From Gammaproteobacteria bacterium (GTDB taxonomy: Bacteria; Pseudomonadota; Gammaproteobacteria; Pseudomonadales; Azotimanducaceae), in assembly GCA_002725995.1 (NCBI GenBank), contig PBRQ01000028.1, positions 743 to 64,742 on the forward strand: a stretch of DNA of 64,000 nt, written 5' to 3'. Positions 54,368 through 64,000 of the stretch are shown in pieces. Each line of letters starts with the position of its first letter. Position 1 is the stretch's first letter. Under the pieces are notes generated by a model. The model was not told where the DNA came from. It made no database searches and saw only the letters and a list, made by a program, of their open reading frames with translations. Made by a program: the position numbers and the translations under genes.

Positions 54368-56329
54368 CTAATTTGCGTGCTGGTCATAGTTGCGCACTTG
54401 TGGCTCGAATGATTTGCCGTCATTTTTAGCTGACAGGGTTTCTTCCTTCATGTCCGTATCAATCCAATGCACGAATAATTGACCTCCACTTCGTGCATGT
54501 TTATAGCTGAAGCTTTCCGGATATCGCACCCATCGCCAATGACCCACCCTGAAGAAAGGCTGATAAAAACCCGGAGAGAAGGAAGCGTGCTCATGATGTA
54601 ACTCTGTCATGGCGAATGCGAGTTCCTTCATTTCATCCTTACTATCAGATGCCCGGTAACGGTGTATCATGTCATCCATTTCAAATATGGAGAGTGTTTC
54701 CAGGTTATTGGTCTGGGTTATGAGCTTCCGGTCGGGGTTGACTGACCCATCTTCGAGGAATGCATCATCATAGGCGTTGTCAGAATGATAGGTTTCCCAA
54801 AACCTGGGGTACATCTCTAACGATACATTGAAGGCTGAAAAGTGAATGTCGTGTTTTTTCTCCTGTACTTTCTTCCAGCCGGTCGTGCCATCGAGCACTT
54901 CGACACGGAATTCAAGGCCGGCCTTGGCGGCTTCCTCCTTCAAAATAGTGAGAATATCTTTAAGGTTTTCCCATCCGCTGGAGAGAGTAAACGCTAGTTT
55001 CTGGCCTTCATCGTTCACGAGGATTCCATCTGGACCTCGCTGGGCGAATCCAGCTTTGGCAAAAGACCTAAGTGCCTTTTCTATGCTGAAAGACCTTGCT
55101 TTCAGAGTGGGGTGGGTGAACTCACCATAGCCATCCGATGAAGTTTGCATACGGCTGTAGTCACCACGGAAAAACTTGTCAATAACCAGTTGCCAATTGG
55201 TTGCGTAGTTGATGCCTACCCGGATGTCTCTGTTTTCCAACAGTGGTCGTGATGTGTTCATCCACAGACCGTAGGTTGGTCTTGGCCGTTGGTTATAGAA
55301 TACCGATTTATGAATATACCCTGCCGCCACATCTGCATCATTATTAGGTAGTTTTTCGTACCAGTATTCAGCCAGGTTAAGGCCGAATTGATCAATATCG
55401 CCACGTTTGAATGCTTCAAAGACTTTCGGTGTGTCCCGAATAACTGAAATCCGAATGCGGTCAGCGTTGAATCGATACTGCCAGAATTTCTTGTCGTTAG
55501 CCCACCAGTTCTTGTTCCGTGTCAGGGTGATCAGGCGGCCCTTTTTGATGTCCTTATCCTTGATAACGTAGGGCGCGCTGGTGGGAGCAAAGCGCCACTG
55601 ATATCGCTCCACGAAATCGTCACCAACTTCCTTGTAGAAGTGTTGTGGCATTGGACGCAATTCCAGTACTCGGGCATCCATATCCGGCTTCGCGTCAGGG
55701 ATTGATATGGAGAAGGTCTGTTCATCATATTTTGTGATATTCGTATACTGGGTACCGTACCAATTGTTGTACCAGGGTGCGACGATATAGGGTGACTGAA
55801 AGAACCAGAACATAAACATGAAATCATCAGATGTTATCGGTACACCGTCAGACCAACTTGCATTGCTGTCCAGCTTGACAAAAATTGTCTTGCTCTCCTT
55901 GTCCACCGCCCAGGAGTCCGCAAGACCCGGATAGTACTCAAATTTATCCGGGTGGCGGTGACCGATCTGCATCGAAGTATCATCCAGGATCCAGGGCCTA
56001 AAGGAGCCATTTGAGTCAGGACCAACAATACGAAGTGTCCGTGGGAAGTCTTGTATTTGCGTATATTCAGTACCACCCTTTTTGGCGTTGGTGGATCCTA
56101 TCTCCGGGAGGTATGTACCGTTTTGCCAGTTAAGGGTCGGTGGTATATCGGCCAGTGTTTTGAAGCTGAAGAATTCGGGTTTGGAGGCGTAGTAGTCCTG
56201 AATCTCCTGAGTATTGTCCGGTGTTTCCAGGTCTGAGATCGGCGCATCACTGGCTGGCTCACTACATCCGCTGAGTAGAAATGTGGATACGCCGACCAAC
56301 AGAACAATTCTGTTGAAATAGATTTTCAT
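54368..56329 (-). CDS. ABC transporter substrate-binding lipoprotein, family 5 (YejA/peptide type)
   Basis: Lipobox LLSGCSE. The 653-aa size and position inside the peptide-type ABC operon fit the call. Confidence 0.8.
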   Translation of the reverse strand: MKIYFNRIVLLVGVSTFLLSGCSEPASDAPISDLETPDNTQEIQDYYASKPEFFSFKTLADIPPTLNWQNGTYLPEIGSTNAKKGGTEYTQIQDFPRTLRIVGPDSNGSFRPWILDDTSMQIGHRHPDKFEYYPGLADSWAVDKESKTIFVKLDSNASWSDGVPITSDDFMFMFWFFQSPYIVAPWYNNWYGTQYTNITKYDEQTFSISIPDAKPDMDARVLELRPMPQHFYKEVGDDFVERYQWRFAPTSAPYVIKDKDIKKGRLITLTRNKNWWANDKKFWQYRFNADRIRISVIRDTPKVFEAFKRGDIDQFGLNLAEYWYEKLPNNDADVAAGYIHKSVFYNQRPRPTYGLWMNTSRPLLENRDIRVGINYATNWQLVIDKFFRGDYSRMQTSSDGYGEFTHPTLKARSFSIEKALRSFAKAGFAQRGPDGILVNDEGQKLAFTLSSGWENLKDILTILKEEAAKAGLEFRVEVLDGTTGWKKVQEKKHDIHFSAFNVSLEMYPRFWETYHSDNAYDDAFLEDGSVNPDRKLITQTNNLETLSIFEMDDMIHRYRASDSKDEMKELAFAMTELHHEHASFSPGFYQPFFRVGHWRWVRYPESFSYKHARSGGQLFVHWIDTDMKEETLSAKNDGKSFEPQVRNYDQHAN

Positions 56330-56365
56330 TTAGATTGCCTCATGATTTCAAATGCTATCCACATG

Positions 56366-57433
56366 TTAGCGATAGATGGTAAATTGTTTTGGGTCAAATG
56401 ATTCTCTTACAGCTTCACCAATGAAGGTGACCAGCGTCAGTAGTATGACCAGGGTGCCAAAGGCTGATGACACTATCCAGGGTGCAGTACGCAGATTCGC
56501 TGTTCCCTGTTTTAGTAGTTCTCCAAGGCTTGGCGTGGGCGGGGGAAGTCCAAAGCCGAGAAAGTCGAGTGCAGTAATGGCGGATATGGCGCCTACGATT
56601 GTGAAGGGCATGAAGGTGACCAGTGTCGACAGGGCATTGGGTAATATATGCCGGAAAATAATTCTTGTATTTGATGCGCCGATGATCCGGGCCGCCGCTG
56701 TATAGTCTCTTGATTTTTCCTTGTAGGTCTCTGTCCTCATGTAGTAGGTCATACTGGTCCAGGAGAACAACACCATGACCGTTAACAGGATGGCAACACG
56801 TGCAGGTATAGAGAAATTTGAGGGGATGACCGAGAAAACAATGATGACCATATATAGGAACGGAACGTTCGACCAGATTTCAATCAGACGCTGAAAAGTC
56901 AAGTCGAAAATGCCCCCGAAATACCCCATGGCACAGCCGATTGATATGCCGATGACATAAACGCAGGCCATAAAAGCTAACGAGAAGATCAGGGCGATTC
57001 TTGTGCCGTAGAATAACCGTGAGAGGATATCGCGGCTCGTTGTATCCGTGCCCAGAAAGTGCCTATTACTAATGGATGGTGGGTCAGGTTTGAAAACTCC
57101 GCCGGGTGAATGATTTTCGTACGGGTTGTAGGGGACAATAGGCATAAGAACCCAGTTTTCGTTGCCGTTTTCTTTGAATTGCTGTTTCAGTTCCCTGTAG
57201 TTCGCCTCGTAGGAGTAGCTCAGGCCGAAGTCAGTGCCCGGGTGGAAGTCAGAGTAGGTTGGAAAATAGAGCTCGCCTTCGTAACTTACGACAAGCGCCC
57301 GATTGTTAATGAGCAATTCACCAAATGAAGCCAGCACGAGCATGCCAGCCAGAAGCAGAAAGCTGTAGTAGCCACGTTTGATTTCACGAAATCGACGAAG
57401 CTTTTTGAGGGTTTGGGGATTGAATCTAAACAT
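56366..57433 (-). CDS. ABC transporter permease (YejE/OppC type)
   Basis: Multi-pass membrane protein with a BPD-transporter EAA-like region (YTAAARIIGASNTRIIFRHILPN). Confidence 0.85.
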   Translation of the reverse strand: MFRFNPQTLKKLRRFREIKRGYYSFLLLAGMLVLASFGELLINNRALVVSYEGELYFPTYSDFHPGTDFGLSYSYEANYRELKQQFKENGNENWVLMPIVPYNPYENHSPGGVFKPDPPSISNRHFLGTDTTSRDILSRLFYGTRIALIFSLAFMACVYVIGISIGCAMGYFGGIFDLTFQRLIEIWSNVPFLYMVIIVFSVIPSNFSIPARVAILLTVMVLFSWTSMTYYMRTETYKEKSRDYTAAARIIGASNTRIIFRHILPNALSTLVTFMPFTIVGAISAITALDFLGFGLPPPTPSLGELLKQGTANLRTAPWIVSSAFGTLVILLTLVTFIGEAVRESFDPKQFTIYR

Positions 57434-57438
57434 AAGTA

Positions 57439-58461
57439 CTATTGAAATCTGATCCTCGGGTCTACCAGTGCAACGAGAAAATCTGAAATGATATTCCCAA
57501 GGAGCAGAAGAAAGGCTGCGAGTAGCACGACACCCATGACGACGGGATAGTCACGGTCAAGAATAGCGGTGAGCCCCAGGAGGCCGAAGCCGTCGATATC
57601 AAAAATGGTTTCTATCAGGAAGGAGCCGGAAACCAGTAGCGTAATGTTTTGCCCGAAGGTCGTTGCTATTGGAATCATCGAGTTGCGCATGGCGTGCCGC
57701 GTTACTGCCTTTCTAAAGGGCACGCCCTTGGCGATCGCGGTCCTCATGTAGTCGGCAGCCAGGTTGTCCAGCAGGTGGTTTTTAAGCAATAGGGTAACCA
57801 GCGCAAAACTGCCGACCAGATAACAGATAAGGGGAAGCACCGAATGATTGATCAGGTCCAGGGTTTTCCCCAGGACATCTTTTTCTTCAAACGAAAAGCT
57901 GACGAAGCCGCCCATGGGGAACCATTCAAGACGGACAGAAAAATACAGCAACAGAAGTGATCCCAGGGCATAGCCAGGAATAGCGTAGCCTACAAAAATC
58001 AGGATTGAGGAGACGTTGTCGACGATGGTCCTGTGTCTGATTGCCTTTAGAATACCCAGGGGAATACAGACCGCATAGGTAATTATCAAGGTTACCAGCC
58101 CATAGTAGAGGGAGACGGGGAATCGGTCCCGGATGACATCCCAAACTGGTTCGTTGTAGCGGTAGGATGAGCCGAGATCACCTTTCACTACCTTTACGAC
58201 CCAGTCGAAATAGCTGATGAGGATGGGCTTATCGAAGCCGTAGTATTCCTTGAGCCTCAGCAACTGATCGTCTGACAGGGCCATGTCCTGACCTGCGACC
58301 TGAGTGCTGACACCGGATGCGGCATTGAACTGCTGGGACTCCATGATGGCCCGCTCGAGCGGCCCGCCTGGGACAAGGCGAGTGATCACGAAGACAATAA
58401 TGGTGACACCCAGCAAGGTGGGGGGTATTAGCAGTAAACGTCTGATGAAGTAGTCGCGCAT
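57439..58461 (-). CDS. ABC transporter permease (YejB/OppB type)
   Basis: MRDYFIRRLLLIPPTLLGVTIIVFVITRLVPGGP is the canonical OppB/DppB-type start. The EAA-like loop is DYMRTAIAKGVPFRKAVTRHAMRN. The track ORF start at 58617 is probably spurious upstream extension. Confidence 0.85.
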   Translation of the reverse strand: MRDYFIRRLLLIPPTLLGVTIIVFVITRLVPGGPLERAIMESQQFNAASGVSTQVAGQDMALSDDQLLRLKEYYGFDKPILISYFDWVVKVVKGDLGSSYRYNEPVWDVIRDRFPVSLYYGLVTLIITYAVCIPLGILKAIRHRTIVDNVSSILIFVGYAIPGYALGSLLLLYFSVRLEWFPMGGFVSFSFEEKDVLGKTLDLINHSVLPLICYLVGSFALVTLLLKNHLLDNLAADYMRTAIAKGVPFRKAVTRHAMRNSMIPIATTFGQNITLLVSGSFLIETIFDIDGFGLLGLTAILDRDYPVVMGVVLLAAFLLLLGNIISDFLVALVDPRIRFQ

Positions 58462-58860
58462 GTTTATTCTTATGTAGTCGACACCGTACTGATGGCACAG
58501 TATCAAAGGCAGTCGTGGCTTTTGGCCTCTGCCGGTTTCTCTCCAGGGTAAATTTTTTCTCGTCCGGTACAGGCCCAGTACAGACCTAGTGTTGATTGCT
58601 GGCCGATGTTGCCACAAAGACCAGGCCCTTGATAGGGCATCGGCCTCTTTTTTCGCTCCTTTGGGCGCTTTGTGCTGGTGCCCGTCTGTGCAGTAACATG
58701 GTTCAAATAATGTGGATTTCCCACTGGGCCATCGAAGTCGTGGCGTTATGAGCAGTAAAGCTGGAGCCGATGGGCCGTGCTGGTGATTTTTTGTGGTAAC
58801 GTTTAGTAAATTGGAGCTTTGTCAAAAGAGCTTGGCAATGCATTAGATTGAGGGAGAGGT

Positions 58861-60519
58861 ATGAGCAGCCTGCTATCTGAAACAAGAATAACCGCAACGA
58901 CAATTGGAGATCTACTTTTCTCTGCGGCGGATGAATTTCCTCAGACGAAAGCCGTCGTATTGCCAGATCAGAATACGACCTATGCTGCTCTGCGCGACCG
59001 GGCCCTCTCGCGTGCAAAGAGTCTGCATGCGCTGGGCGTTGAACCAGGAGATCATGTTGGGGTGTTGTTACCGACCTGCATGGATTTTGTTGATACGCTG
59101 TTTGCCATATCCATGCTGGGCGCTGTAACAGTTCCGATCAATGCGCGCTATAAACCACCGGAAATATCCTATGTCTCTGAAAATGCTGACCTGGTTACGC
59201 TGATCACAACGGATGAGTTTGATGATGCGGTCGATTTTGTGGAGCGAGTGCAGGCTGCTTTCCCAGACCTAGCTAATACCACTGACCCCCTGAGTCTGTC
59301 CCTTGACAGCGCTCCTTTGCTGAGAAATGTTGTCGTTTTCGGTTCCACTTCCGCGCCAGGAATGTTGACGAATGCGCAACTTGATGCCCTGGCTGAGGGA
59401 GTAGACGAGGACGAAATACACAGGCGGCGCTTACAGGCTAGGCTCGGCAGTACGGCTCTGATCATGTACACATCCGGCACTACTTCCAATCCGAAGGGCT
59501 GCATGATTTCCCATGAGTCCATGGTCAGAAACAGCATGGCATTAGGCAAGCGATATGAGCTTGGACACGAAGATAGTTTCTGGTCTCCACTGCCGATGTT
59601 TCATATCGCCGCCATACTACCGCTGGTAACAACCTTCGATGTAGGCGGTACCTATGTCACGACGCCACATTTCGAAGCGGGTGAAGCACTGAAAATGCTG
59701 CAGGAAGAGGGAGTGACTGCCGCCTACCCGAGTTTCTGGACCATCATGTCAGATCTTATCAACCATCCGGATTTCGAAAAAGCAGACCTGACAAGAATCA
59801 AATTGATGAATGCAAACTTCGGTGTGCAGCCGCCGGAGGTGGGTATCATCATGGAGAAGGCAATGCCCAATACCATTTTCGTTGGCACCTTCGGTATGAC
59901 GGAGGCTTCGGGTACAGTATCTACCAGCCGATTGTCGGATACCCGTGAGCAGCGTTTCACGCGACTAGGTACGCCCCTGCCTGGCAATGAGGTTCGTATC
60001 ATTGATCCTGAAACCGGTACGGACCTGCCTTCTGGGGAGCAGGGGGAGTGCTGGATTCGCGGCCCTGGTATTTTTACCGAATACTATAAATCACCAGACA
60101 AAACAGCAGAGGCGCTTGATGAACATGGATGGTTCCACTCCGGCGACATCTGCTCCCAGGATGAAGATGGCCAGATGATGTTTCATGGTCGGCTAAAAGA
60201 CATGCTGAAGGTCGGAGGGGAGAACGTAGCGGCGATCGAGATTGAAACCTGCCTGCAAAAACATCCGGCAGTAAGACTGGCCCAGGTTGTTGGCATACCA
60301 CATGCCAGGCTGCAGGAAATTCCTGCTGCTTTCGTGGAGATCAACGATGAGGAAGTAGTTTCAGAACAAGAGCTGATTGATTTTTGTAAAGACAAGGTAG
60401 CGGGTTTCAAGATTCCTGCCCATGTGCGATTTATTGACGAATGGCCCATGTCATCCACTAAGATTCAGAAGTACAAGCTGCAGCAGCAGATTATCGAAGA
60501 TCTTGGCTTGGATGTTTGA
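58861..60519 (+). CDS. AMP-dependent acyl-CoA synthetase/ligase (FadD-like)
   Basis: AMP-binding motif MYTSGTTSNPKGCMISH, later GWFHSGDI and GRLKDMLKVGGENV. Confidence 0.9.
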   Translation: MSSLLSETRITATTIGDLLFSAADEFPQTKAVVLPDQNTTYAALRDRALSRAKSLHALGVEPGDHVGVLLPTCMDFVDTLFAISMLGAVTVPINARYKPPEISYVSENADLVTLITTDEFDDAVDFVERVQAAFPDLANTTDPLSLSLDSAPLLRNVVVFGSTSAPGMLTNAQLDALAEGVDEDEIHRRRLQARLGSTALIMYTSGTTSNPKGCMISHESMVRNSMALGKRYELGHEDSFWSPLPMFHIAAILPLVTTFDVGGTYVTTPHFEAGEALKMLQEEGVTAAYPSFWTIMSDLINHPDFEKADLTRIKLMNANFGVQPPEVGIIMEKAMPNTIFVGTFGMTEASGTVSTSRLSDTREQRFTRLGTPLPGNEVRIIDPETGTDLPSGEQGECWIRGPGIFTEYYKSPDKTAEALDEHGWFHSGDICSQDEDGQMMFHGRLKDMLKVGGENVAAIEIETCLQKHPAVRLAQVVGIPHARLQEIPAAFVEINDEEVVSEQELIDFCKDKVAGFKIPAHVRFIDEWPMSSTKIQKYKLQQQIIEDLGLDV

Positions 60520-60727
60520 ATCGGTATGTTAAGCAGCAAACCATTCGTGATGTTTGCAACGGTCCTTAGTTACACATCGGATTGAATAGCCTGGTACCTA
60601 ATCTTCTGTGGCATCGGCCATCCATGGCCGGGTCCCGCGTCCTTCCCTGGCGCTAGCCACGTCAGATCAGGTGCCAGACTATCCTATCCTAACTACTGAA
60701 ATTCGTCGAATTAATATCTGGTCAGGA

Positions 60728-61015
60728 CTAGCTGGACCCCACCAGCTCTTCAATCCGTGCTCTGGTGGTTGCTCTATCTTTGAACCATGAGCGGTTTAGC
60801 TCGGCAAACTCGGCAGCGGACTTCGGGACATCTTCGTCCTTGAAGATAGCTTCAACCGGGCAGGCGGGCTCACATAAGGCACAATTTATGCACTCGTTGG
60901 GCTCTATGTAGCACATTCGATCATCTTGATCTGTATGAATGCAATCGACGGGGCATACCTCAATGCAGGATTGATCCAGTACATCAATACAGCTTTCGAC
61001 TATCACAAAAGTCAT
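60728..61015 (-). CDS. 7Fe ferredoxin (FdxA type, 3Fe-4S + 4Fe-4S)
   Basis: CIDVLDQSCIEVCP and CINCALCEPACP cluster motifs. ATG 61015 (MTFVIVESC) follows GAGG; the track start is TTG 61027. Confidence 0.85.
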   Translation of the reverse strand: MTFVIVESCIDVLDQSCIEVCPVDCIHTDQDDRMCYIEPNECINCALCEPACPVEAIFKDEDVPKSAAEFAELNRSWFKDRATTRARIEELVGSS

Positions 61016-61330
61016 GCGGAACCTCAACTAAGGAACTCAAACTACTGGCCGCGCGGAGCCAGCTAGGTCTCTGACGCTTATGCTACTGCATTAGGTGTAA
61101 TTGCAATACTGGTTCACAGCAGGTAAGTTCAGATACCTAAACCTTACTACAACTTCAATAATCTTGGACGGAAGAAATTTGTGAACGCTGGCATCTTTTT
61201 TAGTTGATACCCAACACAAAGAAGTGATCAGAAGTGGATGACAGCGGTCGCTCCGGGTGAGCCGGCGAAGTACAGTGGTTCTTAACTGACATGGACGTTA
61301 TCCATTTGCCAACCAATATGGGGACGTTGC

Positions 61331-62620
61331 ATGTCTACTACAGCAGAAGCGGCTAAAAATGATGCTGATCTCGATCCGCGGGAATTTGATTCTGAGGAGT
61401 TTCAGCACAATCCTTTCGATATATACAGGCGCTTGCGAGACCACCACCCCGTCTACCATGATCGCTTCCACAATCGCTGGATTCTTTCTCGCTATTGGGA
61501 TATTGATGGCGCCTTTCAGGATTCAGAAGGGTATGACCGCGCCGTCTACAAGCCAGATGGCCCCTACGAATTTGGCACCAGACATGTATTTGGACCTAAC
61601 ATACTGGAGTATGGAAACAGCGGTGAGCATCGGCGGTTGCGAAATATTATTGCCGGCCAGTTCATAGGCCAGAAATTAAAAGACTTTCTGCCCATGATTG
61701 ATCAGATTTCCCAGGAGGTAATAGAAAAGTTCTATGATGCCGGTGAAGTGAACATCGTCTCACAGTTTTCGACTCAGGTACCCGTCCGGGTTGTTTCTAA
61801 CATGCTGGGACTTCCTCGCGAAGATGAGGACATGTTCGTGGAATGGTACCATCTGCTGATCGCTGGCCTGGGCTTTGGCAGTGAACACATGGAAAAGGCT
61901 CTGCAGGCACGCAATGACATGTGGGACTATATCGATCCCATGATCAGGGAACGGACCAAGAACCCGGGTGAAGACCTGATGTCCCGGATATGTAGTGCAG
62001 AGCTGGACGGTGCCCGCATGTCAATCGAAGAGGTCAAAGGATTTATCGCCCTATTATTGGCGGCCGGTGGTGACACCACGGACAAAGCCATAGCCAACAT
62101 GTGGTATCACATGCTGTACACGCGACCGGACCAGCTAATGGAAGTCATCGAAGAGCCCGCCCTGTGGGACAATGTTTTTACCGAAATGATGCGCTTCGAT
62201 CCGGTTGTACATATTCAGCCTCGCCATACTACGAGGGAGATACCAATCCATGGTCACGTGATCCCTGAACGTGCACAGGTCATTCTCTACCTTGGAGCGG
62301 GCAACCGTGATGAAAGGGTATTCGCCGACCCCGACACCTTTGATATACATCGCAAGGATCTTCATATGGGCCGTGAGAATCGCTCCGGGCGATACAAGGA
62401 TGGAAAGCCTGGACATCTAGGCTTTGGTATTGGGCAACATTTCTGTATGGGCTATGCCTTGGCGAGACAGGAGTCAGCTATTGCTTGTACCAGGCTGATG
62501 GAAGCGGTTAAGAATGTGCGACCGAAGTTTGCTGATCATCCAGGAATTACCTCACCTTCAATTGACTCGGGTGGATTTCGTGCGCCTGAGGAATTGTGGA
62601 TGGAGTTTGATCGCAAATGA
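61331..62620 (+). CDS. Cytochrome P450 monooxygenase
   Basis: Heme loop FGIGQHFCMGYALAR, I-helix LLAAGGDTT, EMMR (ExxR). Confidence 0.92.
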   Translation: MSTTAEAAKNDADLDPREFDSEEFQHNPFDIYRRLRDHHPVYHDRFHNRWILSRYWDIDGAFQDSEGYDRAVYKPDGPYEFGTRHVFGPNILEYGNSGEHRRLRNIIAGQFIGQKLKDFLPMIDQISQEVIEKFYDAGEVNIVSQFSTQVPVRVVSNMLGLPREDEDMFVEWYHLLIAGLGFGSEHMEKALQARNDMWDYIDPMIRERTKNPGEDLMSRICSAELDGARMSIEEVKGFIALLLAAGGDTTDKAIANMWYHMLYTRPDQLMEVIEEPALWDNVFTEMMRFDPVVHIQPRHTTREIPIHGHVIPERAQVILYLGAGNRDERVFADPDTFDIHRKDLHMGRENRSGRYKDGKPGHLGFGIGQHFCMGYALARQESAIACTRLMEAVKNVRPKFADHPGITSPSIDSGGFRAPEELWMEFDRK

Positions 62621-62808
62621 AAATAAAAATTGATCTAGATAGGTGCTACATGTCCGGCGAATGCTTCTACAACCACCCCGAGCTTTTTCAAAGGGGTGAG
62701 GATGGCTTTCCGGTGTTGCGGACGGATGAACCTGAGGGTGATCTCAAAAAGCATGGCGATGAGGCCATTGAGGTTTGTCCGGCCGCGGCGATAACGCTGG
62801 AGAAATGA
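62617..62808 (+). CDS. Small 3Fe-4S ferredoxin (P450 redox partner type)
   Basis: 63 aa. C-x5-C...CP pattern (DRCYMSGEC ... EVCPAAAI). ATGA overlap with the P450 stop. Confidence 0.8.
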   Translation: MKIKIDLDRCYMSGECFYNHPELFQRGEDGFPVLRTDEPEGDLKKHGDEAIEVCPAAAITLEK

Positions 62809-62812
62809 ACCT

Positions 62813-63180
62813 TCAGTCCGCCGGGTCCATCTTCTGATACCAGTAGGTGCGTACGGACAGGTTGCCAAAATCCAGATCTTCGACCGGTGTTTCCGGCCCT
62901 ACCAGGATGATGGGGTCGCCGCTTTCCAGTACCAGTGCAAATGGCTCTGGTGCAATAGAACGGACTCGACGGCAGCATCGTGACGTGGGTCATAGCCCTG
63001 TATCGCGTCATCCGTGATTGTTAAGGTAGGTGCGTTTACATCTTCCTGCAGCCTGGGTTTGTGTCTAGATGACCGGCGGACTTATAGGCTTGACGAAGGG
63101 TTGATTGTACCCGGATCAATCACCTTAAGCCCTGTTGTATATTGTACTTATATACCATTTTGGCAGGCTTGTTCCAGTGG
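62813..63180 (-). pseudogene. Unidentified gene remnant (frame-shifted coding fragments)
   Basis: The minus strand reads ...EPFALVLESGDPIILVGPETPVEDLDFGNLSVRTYWYQKMDPAD-stop (62813). Upstream pieces (..APTLTITDDAIQGYDPRHDAAVESVLL..) lie in another frame and no start codon is present. I do not recognise the family. Confidence 0.3.
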
Positions 63181-63241
63181 TCTATGCCGGAGGCAGCCCT
63201 ATTCATGTCATAATTGATCCAGGCTGTAATCGAGTAGCTTT

Positions 63242-64000
63242 GTGGGTAAACAGTTTGGAGTAACATTAAGGAAAATTCGCCGCTTAAGCCAGAGCACACT
63301 CTGGTTTCGATTTGAAAGGAATGATGGGGAGCTGGTTTCATTTGAGCCGGGTCAATTCTTTCGTTTTGAATTTTCTGACAAGGCCGGGGATTTTGAACGC
63401 GCCTATAGCCCCTGCAATTTTGGGCAGGGCGTTGCGGACACGCCCTACCTGGACCTGGTTGTCTCCTACGTGGACGGGGGCAGGGCCTCTCAATACCTGT
63501 TTCATTGCGATGAAGGGATTGCTGCAACCGTTGGAGGCCCTTTTGGTCGACTGGTTGTACCCAAAAAGCTCCCGGCCAGGTTGTTTCTGGTTGCAACCAG
63601 TGTTGGCATTGCACCCTTTATGCCGATACTGAGAGCGCTCACTCCGGCGATGCAAGCGCGGGAGCTTGAGGTGGTTTTGCTATTTGGCGCCAGGACCCGT
63701 GATGAGTTTCTGTTCCGGCAGGAGATTGCAGCCATTGATGGTCAGTTTGACTGTTTTACGCTGAGAATTTGCTACTCGAGGGAATCTCTGGTGGATAGCA
63801 AAGCATTTGAGTTCAGTGGTCATGTTACCGGGCAGGTGGTCAGTTTCTCGCCCGACCCGGATTCGGACACATTTCTGTTGTGCGGGAATCCACAGATGGT
63901 TGATGATTGTTTTGCGCTGCTCAGGAATATGGGATTTTCCGCGAGGCAGGTTGTTCGGGAAAAGTATGTTTTTGCGAGAAAGGCAAGGCCCCAAAAAAGA
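63242..64000 (+). CDS. FNR-type (Fpr-like) ferredoxin/flavodoxin reductase, 5' part (runs off the window end)
   Basis: Absent from the ORF track because it has no stop in the window. Hand translation from GTG 63242 gives ..LWFRFERNDGELVSFEPGQFFRFEF..FERAYSPCN (RxYS FAD motif), GGRASQYL, GGPFG, FLVATSVGIAPFMPIL and LLCGNPQMV. The minus-strand ORFs 63120..63994 are antisense shadows. Confidence 0.8.
   Translation, partial: MGKQFGVTLRKIRRLSQSTLWFRFERNDGELVSFEPGQFFRFEFSDKAGDFERAYSPCNFGQGVADTPYLDLVVSYVDGGRASQYLFHCDEGIAATVGGPFGRLVVPKKLPARLFLVATSVGIAPFMPILRALTPAMQARELEVVLLFGARTRDEFLFRQEIAAIDGQFDCFTLRICYSRESLVDSKAFEFSGHVTGQVVSFSPDPDSDTFLLCGNPQMVDDCFALLRNMGFSARQVVREKYVFARKARPQKR

Noticed and set aside
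63120-63994. Several 77-164 aa minus-strand ORFs at the window end
   Set aside because: They lie antisense to an unlisted + strand frame that reads a clean FNR-type reductase (RAYSP, GPFG, SVGIAPF, LCGNPQMV) from 63242 to the window end.
1-64000. CRISPR arrays, tRNA/rRNA genes, IS elements, integrases, prophage or toxin-antitoxin/defence cassettes
   Set aside because: I saw no regularly spaced direct repeats, no transposase, integrase or recombinase-like ORFs, no terminal inverted repeats and no cloverleaf-like conserved RNA segments. The only sizeable repeat is the duplicated reductase gene. A covariance-model scan would be needed to exclude small RNAs formally.

Overview
This is a 64-kb chromosomal window, probably from a marine-type gammaproteobacterium. 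That placement is inferred from gene content: a Yej-like ABC importer, a TgpA-like transglutaminase operon and AGGAG-type RBSs. GC is roughly 50% by eye. I found no rRNA, tRNA, CRISPR array, transposase or integrase. The window has three sectors. (1) 0.9-38.8 kb is a very dense catabolic island of oxidoreductases and CoA-dependent enzymes with no regulator gene. It holds 8 SDRs, 1 Zn-ADH, 2 family-III CoA-transferases, 2 APH-family kinases, an ACAD10/11-type acyl-CoA dehydrogenase and two ~88%-identical FadH/BaiH-class Fe-S flavoenzymes. It also holds 2 luciferase-like monooxygenase subunits, 3 NTF2/SnoaL proteins, 2 VOC proteins and a cytoplasmic single-subunit molybdopterin oxidoreductase. 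Most notable are six paralogues of an uncharacterised 320-410 aa family, sharing an N-terminal D-E-aromatic-x-H motif and a central R-D-H/R-S-W motif. I suspect they have a CrtC/AttH-like hydratase fold, and three of them form an operon around the Mo enzyme. (2) 38.8-48.0 kb is a more AT-rich accessory stretch in decay. Four pseudogenes carry nonsense mutations or frameshifts: a GT2 glycosyltransferase, an SRPBCC protein, a TPR-sulfotransferase and an RND pump stub. They are interleaved with intact ArsR, PCu(A)C, PNPOx-like and NUDIX genes. An overlapping-gene operon here encodes a SIS isomerase, a yeast-MTD1-like methylene-THF dehydrogenase, an Fch-type cyclohydrolase and a DUF885-like lipoprotein. 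(3) 48-64 kb holds a MoxR-DUF58-transglutaminase triad, a five-gene peptide-type ABC importer and an acyl-CoA synthetase. It ends with a P450 accompanied by 7Fe and 3Fe ferredoxins and an FNR-type reductase that runs off the window. All functional calls rest on motif recognition by eye; no database search was possible.
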